From positions 56,928 to 112,120 of the forward strand of contig DIFG01000005.1 in the NCBI GenBank assembly GCA_002419025.1: DNA of 55,193 bases, written 5' to 3'. Shown here piece after piece: positions 9,129 to 16,922 of the stretch (position 1 is its first letter; the number at the start of each line of letters is the position of its first letter). Origin of the DNA: Deltaproteobacteria bacterium UBA5754. GTDB taxonomy: Bacteria > Desulfobacterota > Dissulfuribacteria > Dissulfuribacterales > UBA5754. The notes below the pieces were generated by a model. It was not told the origin of the DNA and searched no databases. It saw only the letters and a program-made list of their open reading frames with translations. The translations under genes and the position numbers were made by a program.

Positions 9129-10925
9129 TCAGAAGTAATACCAGATCGTCTCGTAGTCCCCTGGATCCTCAACGACGGTCTCCAGGCGTTCAAGGTATTC
9201 TATGATGGGGATGTCCTGGAAGATATACGAGGCTGGGCGCGAGTTCGAGATGTTTTTCTCCCACGGGTGGAATTCGTAGATCCGTGAGCCGTCCGGGAGG
9301 ACGGAGAGGATCTCCCGGTGCTGCCGGGCCCTAATATAGTTCTTGCCAAGACCAGGGATGTTGAAGACCGCCTCGTCGGTCCTCTCCATGCCGGGAAGGA
9401 GCCGCGCCTCCTCCTTTTGCTCCTGGAGAAGGCGGGCGATGGGGACACGATACGCAGCCGTTTCCTCTTTCCCCTTTGTGTTGAAGGTATAATAAGGATC
9501 GATCCCCGCGAGTCTCAGGTTCCTTCGAAGGAAGGCGGCCTCGAATCTGCGGGATGCATAAAAGGTGAAAACGAGCTGGTTGTAGACGGCGATCCCCCTA
9601 TCTCTCAGCCTCGCGACGGCGTGGACGACGTCCTCGGTGATCTCCGAGGAGTGCTGGATGTGGGTGACCAGGACGATCTCCCTCCTTCCCGGCTTTCTGA
9701 GCGAGGCGAGGAGGTCCACAAGGGCTTCGGTGATCCGCATCGGGATGGTGACAGGGGTGCGGGAGCCGATCCGGATCCTTTCGATGGATTCGATGCGGGA
9801 GATCTTCTTGAGGATCCGACCGAGGACGTCATCCGTCATGGCGAGGGGGTCGCCTCCCGTGACAAGGACTTCGTGGACGGCGGGATGTTCCTCGATCCAA
9901 CGAAGGGCGGCGTCGATCTTTCTCTCGCCAGCATAGGCCCCCTTGGCCATGGCGTCGTTGATCTCCCAGTTCCTCTGGCAATAGACGCAGATCTGGGGAC
10001 AGGTGTTGAAGGGCTTCAGGATGCAGATGGCGGGATAGCGCCGTGTGATGAGTTCGCACGGGGACGTGTCTTCCTCGCGCATGAAATCGAGGCAGGAACT
10101 GTCCCGCCCCCGCATCTCGCTCATCTTCTCCACGTATTCCAGGCTTGGGATCACCTGCGCGCGGATGGAGGCGTCGCGGACGCCAGGGTCGTCGTTGTCC
10201 ATCAGGGAGAGGTAATATGGAGTGATCCCGAAGGGAAGCCTGCGCCTCCGTGCCGCGGCAACGGCCTCTTTCTCCGCCTCAGAAAGTGTGACGAGGCGTC
10301 CGAGGAGATCCACGTCCTTTACGACGTTTCTCACGTGCCATCGCCAGTCCTCCCAATCGGTCCGGCTTCCCCCGAGGATCTCAAGGATCCCGTCCCTGCG
10401 GGCTGCTCTCCTTTTCTTGGCGCTCGGTTCGAGCCCGGAGGAGTATCGTGCGAAACGTCTTTCCACGTCCTTCCATAGGAGGTCGAGCTGTGCCGATCGT
10501 TCCCTGGCGGCCTCCCTCCCGCTGAGGTGGCTCGAATTCAGATGGAGGTCAATGATGGTCCTGCCGGGTCCGCGTCCCTGGATGCCGAGGATGATGTGGA
10601 GGAGCTCGGCGTAAAAACCCGGGGAAAGGTCGGGTCGGGGACGGTTGCGGGAGATATCCCGGATCGCCTTTGCGACACTGAAGCCCGTGAGGTCGTCCGA
10701 GCGTTTCCGAAGGATGCTCCGCATGGCGGTTGCGCAGTCGCGGACCCGTTCTATGGATCCCTCGTCAAACCGGGTGTAGTCATGGAAGGAATCGAACTCG
10801 ATGCGGCTGACAAGCTCGGAGAGCCTCTCCCTCAGGCTGTCGACGCTTCTCGCGCGCTGGGCTTCTGCAAAGAAGAGGGGATTTGTCATCTTCAGGTATT
10901 CAGGGCTGAATCTGGAGCGGTCCAT
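9129..10925 (-). CDS. KamA-family (lysine 2,3-aminomutase-like) radical SAM protein with a long N-terminal extension
   Basis: Has the CPQICVYCQR (CxxxCxxC) cluster and the ITPYYLSLM motif characteristic of KamA-type enzymes. About 230 residues N-terminal to the ITPYY motif show nothing I recognise. Confidence 0.8.
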   Translation of the reverse strand: MDRSRFSPEYLKMTNPLFFAEAQRARSVDSLRERLSELVSRIEFDSFHDYTRFDEGSIERVRDCATAMRSILRKRSDDLTGFSVAKAIRDISRNRPRPDLSPGFYAELLHIILGIQGRGPGRTIIDLHLNSSHLSGREAARERSAQLDLLWKDVERRFARYSSGLEPSAKKRRAARRDGILEILGGSRTDWEDWRWHVRNVVKDVDLLGRLVTLSEAEKEAVAAARRRRLPFGITPYYLSLMDNDDPGVRDASIRAQVIPSLEYVEKMSEMRGRDSSCLDFMREEDTSPCELITRRYPAICILKPFNTCPQICVYCQRNWEINDAMAKGAYAGERKIDAALRWIEEHPAVHEVLVTGGDPLAMTDDVLGRILKKISRIESIERIRIGSRTPVTIPMRITEALVDLLASLRKPGRREIVLVTHIQHSSEITEDVVHAVARLRDRGIAVYNQLVFTFYASRRFEAAFLRRNLRLAGIDPYYTFNTKGKEETAAYRVPIARLLQEQKEEARLLPGMERTDEAVFNIPGLGKNYIRARQHREILSVLPDGSRIYEFHPWEKNISNSRPASYIFQDIPIIEYLERLETVVEDPGDYETIWYYF

Positions 10926-11006
10926 GTGTCTTCCTCTTCCGCATTGTTAATTCATAAAAACACGGATTTCCCCGGGCGTTAACCCGTTAACCCATGGATA
11001 CTTTCT

Positions 11007-11056
11007 GTCTATTGACATTTTGTCATTAGTTGCCTATTATCATATTGTCAATAGAC
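11007..11056 (+). promoter_or_regulatory. Near-consensus sigma-70 promoter embedded in an 11-bp perfect inverted repeat (candidate PadR operator)
   Basis: Promoter elements are TTGACA (11012-11017), a 17-nt spacer and TATTAT (11035-11040). The inverted-repeat arms are GTCTATTGACA (11007-11017) and TGTCAATAGAC (11046-11056). The predicted transcription start falls in the right arm. Confidence 0.5.
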
Positions 11057-11113
11057 GGTATCCGGCAAGGTGCAAGGGTCTGCTTTTTATGTGACCCAGT
11101 GAAGGGAGAAATC

Positions 11114-11488
11114 GTGCGGGGAAGGCGCGGAAGAAAATGGCAGGATGGCAGGCCGGTTATTCCCGTTCCGGGGATGCTCGAGGCTATCCTCATGATGTAC
11201 CTGCGCAGAGGGGCAGCGCATGGCTATGATCTTGCGGCGCGGCTTACAGAATGCGGTTTCGTGGGACTCAACCCGGGACTCGTCTACCGCGCCTTGCGCG
11301 GGATGGAAGACCTCGGGTGGATCCGTTCCGCCTGGGACGGCGAGGCGTCCCACGGCCCTCCCCGAAGGGTCTATTCCCTCGCGCCCCCGGGGGAGCAGGC
11401 CATGGAGGATCTGGTCCGGGGTTTTCGGGAGATCCGCGGACTGATCGATAAGGTGATCGCCGCTTACGAGCAGCAAGCAGGTTGTTGA
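11114..11488 (+). CDS. PadR family transcriptional regulator
   Basis: A winged-helix core: LEAILMMYLRRGAAHGYDLAARL...GLVYRALRGMEDLGWIRSAWD...RRVYSL. The GTG at 11114 follows AAGGGAG with a 5-nt spacing. Confidence 0.85.
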   Translation: MRGRRGRKWQDGRPVIPVPGMLEAILMMYLRRGAAHGYDLAARLTECGFVGLNPGLVYRALRGMEDLGWIRSAWDGEASHGPPRRVYSLAPPGEQAMEDLVRGFREIRGLIDKVIAAYEQQAGC

Positions 11489-11511
11489 AAACGTGACAGG
11501 AGCAGGTTGTT

Positions 11512-11922
11512 CAAAAACAACGAAAAGGAGGTAACGCAATGCCACGAGGAGATAGAACAGGACCGCTTGGCATGGGCCCCATGACAGGTTGGAGCCGGGG
11601 ATTTTGTTCGGGAAATCGGGCCGTCGGTTTCGGGGGTTCCGGTTTTGGACGCGGCTTTGGCGCCTTTGGACGTGGCCGGGGCATGGGTCCGGGCCGGGGC
11701 TTCGGTCTGACGGAGCGGGCAACAAATGGCCCGTTCATTACAAAAAACGAAAAAAGGAGGTAACGCAATGCCACGAGGAGACAGAACAGGACCGCTTGGC
11801 ATGGGCCCCATGACAGGTTGGGGCCGGGGATATTGTTCGGGAAATCGGGTTCCCGGTTTTTGGGGTTTTGGTTTCAGGCGCGGTTTTGGCGCCTTTGGAC
11901 GTGGCCGGGGCTTTGGTCCGGG
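11512..11922 (+). repeat. Tandem duplication (period about 229 bp) comprising RBS plus the DUF5320-type gene 5' part
   Basis: The string CAAAAA(C)AACGAAAA(AA)GGAGGTAACGCAATGCCACGAGGAGA(T/C)AGAACAGGACCGCTTGGCATGGGCCCCATGACAGGTTGG occurs at 11512 and again at 11741. The two copies stay highly similar for roughly 180 nt. Confidence 0.8.
11539..11763 (+). CDS. DUF5320-type Gly/Arg-rich small protein, truncated paralog lacking the coiled coil
   Basis: MPRGDRTGPLGMGPMTGWSRGFCSGN followed by GFGRGFGAFGRGRGMGPGRGFG. The ORF ends at a TAA lying inside the Shine-Dalgarno spacer of the next copy. Confidence 0.7.
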   Translation: MPRGDRTGPLGMGPMTGWSRGFCSGNRAVGFGGSGFGRGFGAFGRGRGMGPGRGFGLTERATNGPFITKNEKRR

Positions 11923-12070
11923 ATACTGGTGGACTGCGCCGGGTCCGGTGCCTCAGGCCGATGAGCTTTCCTCCCTCAAGGATGAGGGAATGAGGCTCCG
12001 GGATGCCCTCGATGCCGTGGAAAAGCGTATCCAGGAGCTCGAAAGGGCACAGTCGGGGCAGGAGAAATAA
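11768..12070 (+). CDS. DUF5320-type small protein with C-terminal coiled coil
   Basis: MPRGDRTGPLGMGPMTGWGRGYCSGN, a GFGxxGRGRGFG tract, and a helical tail ELSSLKDEGMRLRDALDAVEKRIQELERAQ. The ATG at 11768 follows AAGGAGG. Confidence 0.8.
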   Translation: MPRGDRTGPLGMGPMTGWGRGYCSGNRVPGFWGFGFRRGFGAFGRGRGFGPGYWWTAPGPVPQADELSSLKDEGMRLRDALDAVEKRIQELERAQSGQEK

Positions 12071-12194
12071 TGGCTGCCTGTGAAAAATCGTCCTTTTGTC
12101 CGATGACTGTGTTGCTCGTCGGTCAAAAATCCGAATTTTTCAAGGTAGCCTGATGCCCTGACCCTGTGACCGGCAGGCCTTTTCCGGTATAGTT

Positions 12195-12244
12195 GGGCGG
12201 ATTGCTCATGAAGGCTTGACAGGCCCTTCATGAGCAATCCGCCC
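12195..12244 (+). repeat. 20-bp perfect inverted repeat (stem-loop), ending 7 nt before the Hsp70-like start codon (ATG at 12252)
   Basis: Arms GGGCGGATTGCTCATGAAGG (12195-12214) and CCTTCATGAGCAATCCGCCC (12225-12244) flank a 10-nt loop CTTGACAGGC. No T-run follows the stem. Confidence 0.7.
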
Positions 12245-12251
12245 CTTTCTC

Positions 12252-15062
12252 ATGAAAAACAGATATATCGTTGGAATAGATCTCGGGACCACGAACTCCG
12301 CCGTGGGGTACGTGGACCTCCATGATGCCGCCCCCGGGGCCATTCATATCCTGACCTTCAGGATACCCCAGCTCGTTTCCCAGGGCTGGGTGGCCGATCG
12401 CCCTGCCCTCCCATCCTTTCTCTATCTCCCAGCGGAACACGAACTTACCGCCGGCGCCCTTTCCCTTCCCTGGGACCGGGAGCGGCGCTACGCCGTCGGC
12501 GTCTATGCCCGGGATCAGGGGCCGAACGTCCCCGGACGCCTCGTTTCTTCAGCTAAGAGCTGGCTCTGCCACGGCGGCGTGGACCGGGATGCACCCATCC
12601 TCCCCTGGGAGGCCGGGGATGATGTGGCAAAGGTCTCGCCGGTCACGGCCTCGGCCCGTTATCTTCAGCACATGAGGGAGGCCTGGGATCATGTCATGCC
12701 CGCTCCCCTTGCCGAACAGAAGGTAGTTCTCACGGTCCCTGCATCATTTGATGAAGTGGCCCGGGAGTTCACGATCCAGGCGGCCAGTGAGGCAGGGCTA
12801 TCCGGGGTCGTCCTCCTCGAGGAGCCCCTTGCCGCCTTCTATGCGTGGCTATCCGGTCATGAACAGGACTGGCAGGGGCATCTCGCGCCGGGTGAGGTCC
12901 TCCTCGTATGCGACGTCGGGGGCGGGACCACGGACTTCAGCCTCATCGCCTGCGATGAGGCCGACGGCTCTCCAAGGCTCGAACGGATCGCCGTCGGGGA
13001 TCATCTCCTCCTGGGTGGCGACAACATGGATCTCGCCTTGGCGGAGATAGCCGAGAGGTCCATCGGCAAGGAGCTCGACGCCCGAAGGTGGCGCTCCCTC
13101 GTTCACCAGTGCCGCAAGGCCAAGGAAGATCTTCTCGGAGAGGACGCCCCGCGCGAGGCCGTGGTCCGCATCACAGGGCTGGGCAGGTCCGTCGTGGGAG
13201 GGACCCTCGTCGGCCGGATCTCCCGAGACGAGGCGCTCTCTGCCATTCTCGAGGGCTTTTTCCCGGGCGGCGAGGCCGCATCTGCCTCCCCGGCGCCAGG
13301 GTCCCTCTCTGTCCAAAGGGAATCGGGCCTTCCCTACGAGCAGGACACAGCCGTCACCCGGCATCTCTTTCGGTTCATCTCCCGCCAAGGAACTGGCAGG
13401 ATGCCGGGAGCAGTGCTCTTTAACGGCGGGGCACTCCTTCCTCGTGTCCTTAGGGACCGTATCCTCGATGCCGTTTCGACCTGGTCCGGCAGGCAGGTCC
13501 GGGAACTTGAAAGCGTCTCTCTGGATCTGGCCGTTTCAGTAGGCGCGGTCTACTCCGGACTGGTACGGGAGGGCCTGGGGCTGAGGGTGGGAGGGGGATC
13601 TGCCCGCTCCTACTATATCGGAGTGGGCACGGAGGAAGGCGCCGCCGGGAGGACCACACAGGCGGTATGTCTCGTGGAGCGGGGTACTGAGGAAGGGGAG
13701 GATGTGGAGATCGTTCAGCCATTCCTGGTGAGGACGAACCAACCGGTCCGGTTTTCCCTTTACAGCTCCACGACGAGAAAGGGGGACCGGTCCGGGGATG
13801 TGGTCGCCGTGGATGATGATTTTGTGGTCCTCCCGCCGGTCCAGACTGTGCTTCGGTATGGGAAAAAGGATCTGGATCGCTCCATTCCGGTCCGAGTCGG
13901 GGCCCAGGTGACAACTATCGGGACCCTTGAACTCTATTGCGAGTCCCGTGAAAGCCCGCACCGGTGGCGTCTCCAGTTCCAGCTCCGCGAGACAGGGAAG
14001 GAAGGTCCTGCATCTGCGTCCGGCGTGGAGGGCGTTCGCGTGACCCCAATCACCGTCCAGGAGAAGGAGGCGGAAGGTCTGTCGGAGAAGGACCGTCTCG
14101 CCCTCGAGGAGGCGGTAAAGGCCGTCCGGCTGTGTTTCGGCAGGGCGGAGGGGGGCGGTCCCATCCCTCCAGGAGAACTGCCGGGGCTGATCGCCTCTGT
14201 CATGGGCATGGAAAAGGAGCTCTGGTCCGTGCCTGTCATAAGGACCATCGCCGATGCGTGTCTGGAGGTCAAGGCCGGAAGGGCCTTATCCAGAGAACAC
14301 GAGGAGAGGTGGTTCAATCTTGCCGGCTTCTGTCTTCGGCCCGGCACGGGCGAGGCCATGGATCCATGGCGCATCAAGAAGGTCTGGCCCCTTTTCTTTG
14401 AGGGTCTCTTTTTCCCGCGCGAGGTATCCGTCCGTCTCCAGTGGTGGATCTTCTGGCGAAGGATTGCAGCCGGGCTCGGATCCGGCCAGCAGACCCAGTT
14501 CTACGCCACCATCGCACCGGTCCTCGTCTCTGCTGCAAAAGGGCGAAAAAAGGCCCGGGGAAAGCCTCCACGCGTCCCGCCCGAGGAGCGGCGCCAGATG
14601 TTTCTCTTTGCGGCGGGCCTTGAAAGACTTGATATCCCGTCGAAGATCGATCTCGGTCGCGCTGTTCTCGCCGAGATAGCACGGGATCCCTCTTGGCCGG
14701 GCGGGCTTTGGTCCCTGGCCCGGATAGCCGCGCGCGAACCCCTTTACGGCCCGGCGAACAAGACCGTCCCGCCCGGGGAGGCGGGCGAGTGGCTGAATGT
14801 CCTCATGGGCATGCGCCTTCCCGCCGGACGAAGGACCGCAGAGGCATGCCTTGCCATGGCCCGGCTCACCGGGGACCGGACCAGGGACCTTGCCCCAGCC
14901 GTCCGGAACGACCTCTTCCGCTGGCTTTCCAACCGCGGATCCCGCATCTCCGATCTCACCCCGCTCGTCCAGGTCGTGCCCGTCGAACGGGATGAACGGG
15001 AGAGCGCCTTTGGAGAGGCCCTGCCCGAAGGACTGCTCATCTTGCGGGAAGGATCAGCGTGA
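12252..15062 (+). CDS. Hsp70/actin-fold ATPase family protein with about 350-aa C-terminal extension (936 aa)
   Basis: N-terminal IVGIDLGTTNSAVGYVD, then VLLVCDVGGGTTDFSLI and NGGALLPRVLRDRI, which are the phosphate-1, phosphate-2 and adenosine motifs of Hsp70. A beta-rich middle region follows. I do not recognise the long helical C-terminal region. Confidence 0.85.
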   Translation: MKNRYIVGIDLGTTNSAVGYVDLHDAAPGAIHILTFRIPQLVSQGWVADRPALPSFLYLPAEHELTAGALSLPWDRERRYAVGVYARDQGPNVPGRLVSSAKSWLCHGGVDRDAPILPWEAGDDVAKVSPVTASARYLQHMREAWDHVMPAPLAEQKVVLTVPASFDEVAREFTIQAASEAGLSGVVLLEEPLAAFYAWLSGHEQDWQGHLAPGEVLLVCDVGGGTTDFSLIACDEADGSPRLERIAVGDHLLLGGDNMDLALAEIAERSIGKELDARRWRSLVHQCRKAKEDLLGEDAPREAVVRITGLGRSVVGGTLVGRISRDEALSAILEGFFPGGEAASASPAPGSLSVQRESGLPYEQDTAVTRHLFRFISRQGTGRMPGAVLFNGGALLPRVLRDRILDAVSTWSGRQVRELESVSLDLAVSVGAVYSGLVREGLGLRVGGGSARSYYIGVGTEEGAAGRTTQAVCLVERGTEEGEDVEIVQPFLVRTNQPVRFSLYSSTTRKGDRSGDVVAVDDDFVVLPPVQTVLRYGKKDLDRSIPVRVGAQVTTIGTLELYCESRESPHRWRLQFQLRETGKEGPASASGVEGVRVTPITVQEKEAEGLSEKDRLALEEAVKAVRLCFGRAEGGGPIPPGELPGLIASVMGMEKELWSVPVIRTIADACLEVKAGRALSREHEERWFNLAGFCLRPGTGEAMDPWRIKKVWPLFFEGLFFPREVSVRLQWWIFWRRIAAGLGSGQQTQFYATIAPVLVSAAKGRKKARGKPPRVPPEERRQMFLFAAGLERLDIPSKIDLGRAVLAEIARDPSWPGGLWSLARIAAREPLYGPANKTVPPGEAGEWLNVLMGMRLPAGRRTAEACLAMARLTGDRTRDLAPAVRNDLFRWLSNRGSRISDLTPLVQVVPVERDERESAFGEALPEGLLILREGSA

Positions 15063-15520
15063 GCGGGCGACACATCTTTCTCCTCCTTTTTCTCGGTCTC
15101 GGGCTCTGGTCCCTTGCGAGCGGTACGATTAAGGCCGCAGAGGGCCTTGCGGCCCGCTCCTGGCCGTCAGCCGAGGGCCGGGTGATCCAGTCCCGGATCG
15201 AGGAGTTCTATTCACACCAGAGGCTTCGCTTTCGAAGGCTCTGCTTTCGCATCGACTATCTCTACCTCTTGGGAGGGACTGTGTACGAAGGGCATCGAGT
15301 GAACGCAGGGTGGTCCTGCTTCGGTTCCGAGGACCTGATGCAGGGGCTCCTCGCCCGCTATCCTGTGGGCGCGAAGGTCCGGGTCTTTTACGATCCGGAA
15401 AGGCCCGATCGCGCCCTCCTTGAACCCGGCCTTGACTGGACCGTCTATTTCCAGTGGGGACTCGGGGTGATGGGCGTCTCGGCTGGGCTTCCCCTTTTCA
15501 GGCTGAAGAAGGCTGCATGA
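15059..15520 (+). CDS. DUF3592-type membrane protein
   Basis: N-terminal and C-terminal TM helices flank SWPSAEGRVIQSRIEE...YLYLLGGTVYEGHRVN...ARYPVGAKVRVFYDPERPDRALLEPG. This matches the DUF3592 pattern as I recall it. The GTG start overlaps the upstream stop (GTGA). Confidence 0.7.
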   Translation: MSGRHIFLLLFLGLGLWSLASGTIKAAEGLAARSWPSAEGRVIQSRIEEFYSHQRLRFRRLCFRIDYLYLLGGTVYEGHRVNAGWSCFGSEDLMQGLLARYPVGAKVRVFYDPERPDRALLEPGLDWTVYFQWGLGVMGVSAGLPLFRLKKAA

Positions 15521-16176
15521 ATATGCGGGTCATTCTGATGGGACTTGCCACCCTTTGCGGAAGGATAGGTCCGGGCATCATGGGAAGCGCCTTTGACAGA
15601 CTGCGTCTCGAGGATGCAAGGGCTGCGACTGACGCGAGCCTCATGGGCGCCGGGACCCTCAGGGCCGGAGATCCGGAGATGCGCGGGCCTGGAGGGGTCC
15701 ACATTCCGGGGCGCATTAGGGCCATCATAACCGCATCGGGCAGGATCCCGGCAGAGGAAAAGGCCCTTTTCCAGAACGGTTCAAGGCCCATAGTGTTCAC
15801 CGGCAGGGATCGGGCGGATGCCCTCAGACAGGATCTCGGCACCAGTGCCGAGGTCGTTTCTCTGCCTTCAGGGGCCTGCGGCCTTTCGGTCCGAAAGGCC
15901 ATTGAATACATCGAGGCATGCGGTGCCCGGTCCGTCATAATCGAGGGGGGCTCCCGCCTCAACTACTCGGCCTTGGCCGAAGGGGTCGTGGACGAGATCC
16001 TTCTCACCCTCTCCCCCCGGATCTCCGGAGAGATCGGGGCGCCTTCCCTTGCCGACGGCATTCGCTCCCTTTACGACCCCTCGGGCGGATTCGAGCTTGC
16101 TGAATGCCGACCCGTGCCTGAGACCGGGGAGGTCTTTCTTAGATATATCATCGGAGCAGGGAGGCGACATGGCTGA
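15517..16176 (+). CDS. RibD C-terminal-domain / dihydrofolate-reductase-like reductase
   Basis: MRVILMGLATLCGRI, DASLMGAGTLRAGDP and SVIIEGGSRLNYSALAEGVVDEILLTLSPRISG. The start overlaps the DUF3592 stop (ATGA). Confidence 0.75.
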   Translation: MNMRVILMGLATLCGRIGPGIMGSAFDRLRLEDARAATDASLMGAGTLRAGDPEMRGPGGVHIPGRIRAIITASGRIPAEEKALFQNGSRPIVFTGRDRADALRQDLGTSAEVVSLPSGACGLSVRKAIEYIEACGARSVIIEGGSRLNYSALAEGVVDEILLTLSPRISGEIGAPSLADGIRSLYDPSGGFELAECRPVPETGEVFLRYIIGAGRRHG

Positions 16177-16918
16177 AAGACAGGACGTGGCCATTCTTTA
16201 CTCCGGCGGGACCGATTCCCTTTCCCTTCACGCCCTTGCGGCCCGGGGCGGACATCCTGCCATTCCCCGCCCTGTCCGGATCCATCTCCTTCACATGCTC
16301 AACGGCATGGGGCGATTTCCGGACTTTCCAAGGGCGCGCCTGCGCGTGGCAGAGGAGATCCTGAAGGCCCAGGTCCCGCCGGGCGATGCCTTCCCCGAGG
16401 CCGTTTACGTGGAGCTCGACGCAGGAAGGCTCTTTCAGGGCCTCTGGCTCGACCGCTACGAGGAACTCATGCCTCGCTACAACGGAAAGAATCTGGTCTG
16501 TGTGGCCTGCAAGCTCGCCATGCACGCACGGGCCATCCTTTACTGCGTCGAGCATCTCGTCCCGGTCGTACTTGCGGGTTACACCCGCAAACAGGACCAT
16601 TTCCCGGAGCAGACCCCGACCTTCATGGACAGGATAGCGAGGCTCTCCGCCCGGTTCGGTATCGCCACCCGCTATCCCCTCTACGAGGAGGCGGACTCCG
16701 AGACGGTCATCCGGCACCTCCTCGAGGATTTCGGCCTTCCATCCACGGGCGGCGGTGAGCGCAAGTGCCTATTTTGCCAAACCCTTACCACCGCGACCGA
16801 GGAGGAGATCGGCTCATACCTCGACGACATGATCCCTCGTATCGAGACCTATCTGAGGCACAAACTCGAGGGACGGGTCAAGGAGGCTGCCCAATGCTTT
16901 CCGCCTGGAAGGGCGTAA
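16169..16918 (+). CDS. PP-loop (adenine nucleotide alpha-hydrolase superfamily) ATPase, subfamily unknown
   Basis: Contains VAILYSGGTDSLSL (the SGGxDS PP-loop) plus CVACK and CLFCQ Cys pairs. The ATG at 16169 follows GGAGCAGGGAGG and overlaps the upstream gene by 8 nt. Confidence 0.7.
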   Translation: MAERQDVAILYSGGTDSLSLHALAARGGHPAIPRPVRIHLLHMLNGMGRFPDFPRARLRVAEEILKAQVPPGDAFPEAVYVELDAGRLFQGLWLDRYEELMPRYNGKNLVCVACKLAMHARAILYCVEHLVPVVLAGYTRKQDHFPEQTPTFMDRIARLSARFGIATRYPLYEEADSETVIRHLLEDFGLPSTGGGERKCLFCQTLTTATEEEIGSYLDDMIPRIETYLRHKLEGRVKEAAQCFPPGRA

Positions 16919-16922
16919 GGCC

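Noticed and set aside
11023-11051. A possible divergent promoter for the kamA-like gene using the TTGACA created by the right arm of the inverted repeat.
   Set aside because: No acceptable -10 hexamer lies 16-18 nt downstream on the minus strand; the best candidate is TAATGA.
12216-12221. TTGACA in the loop of the 20-bp hairpin, considered as a -35 box for the Hsp70-like gene.
   Set aside because: The sequence 17 nt downstream is CCGCCC, so there is no -10 element.
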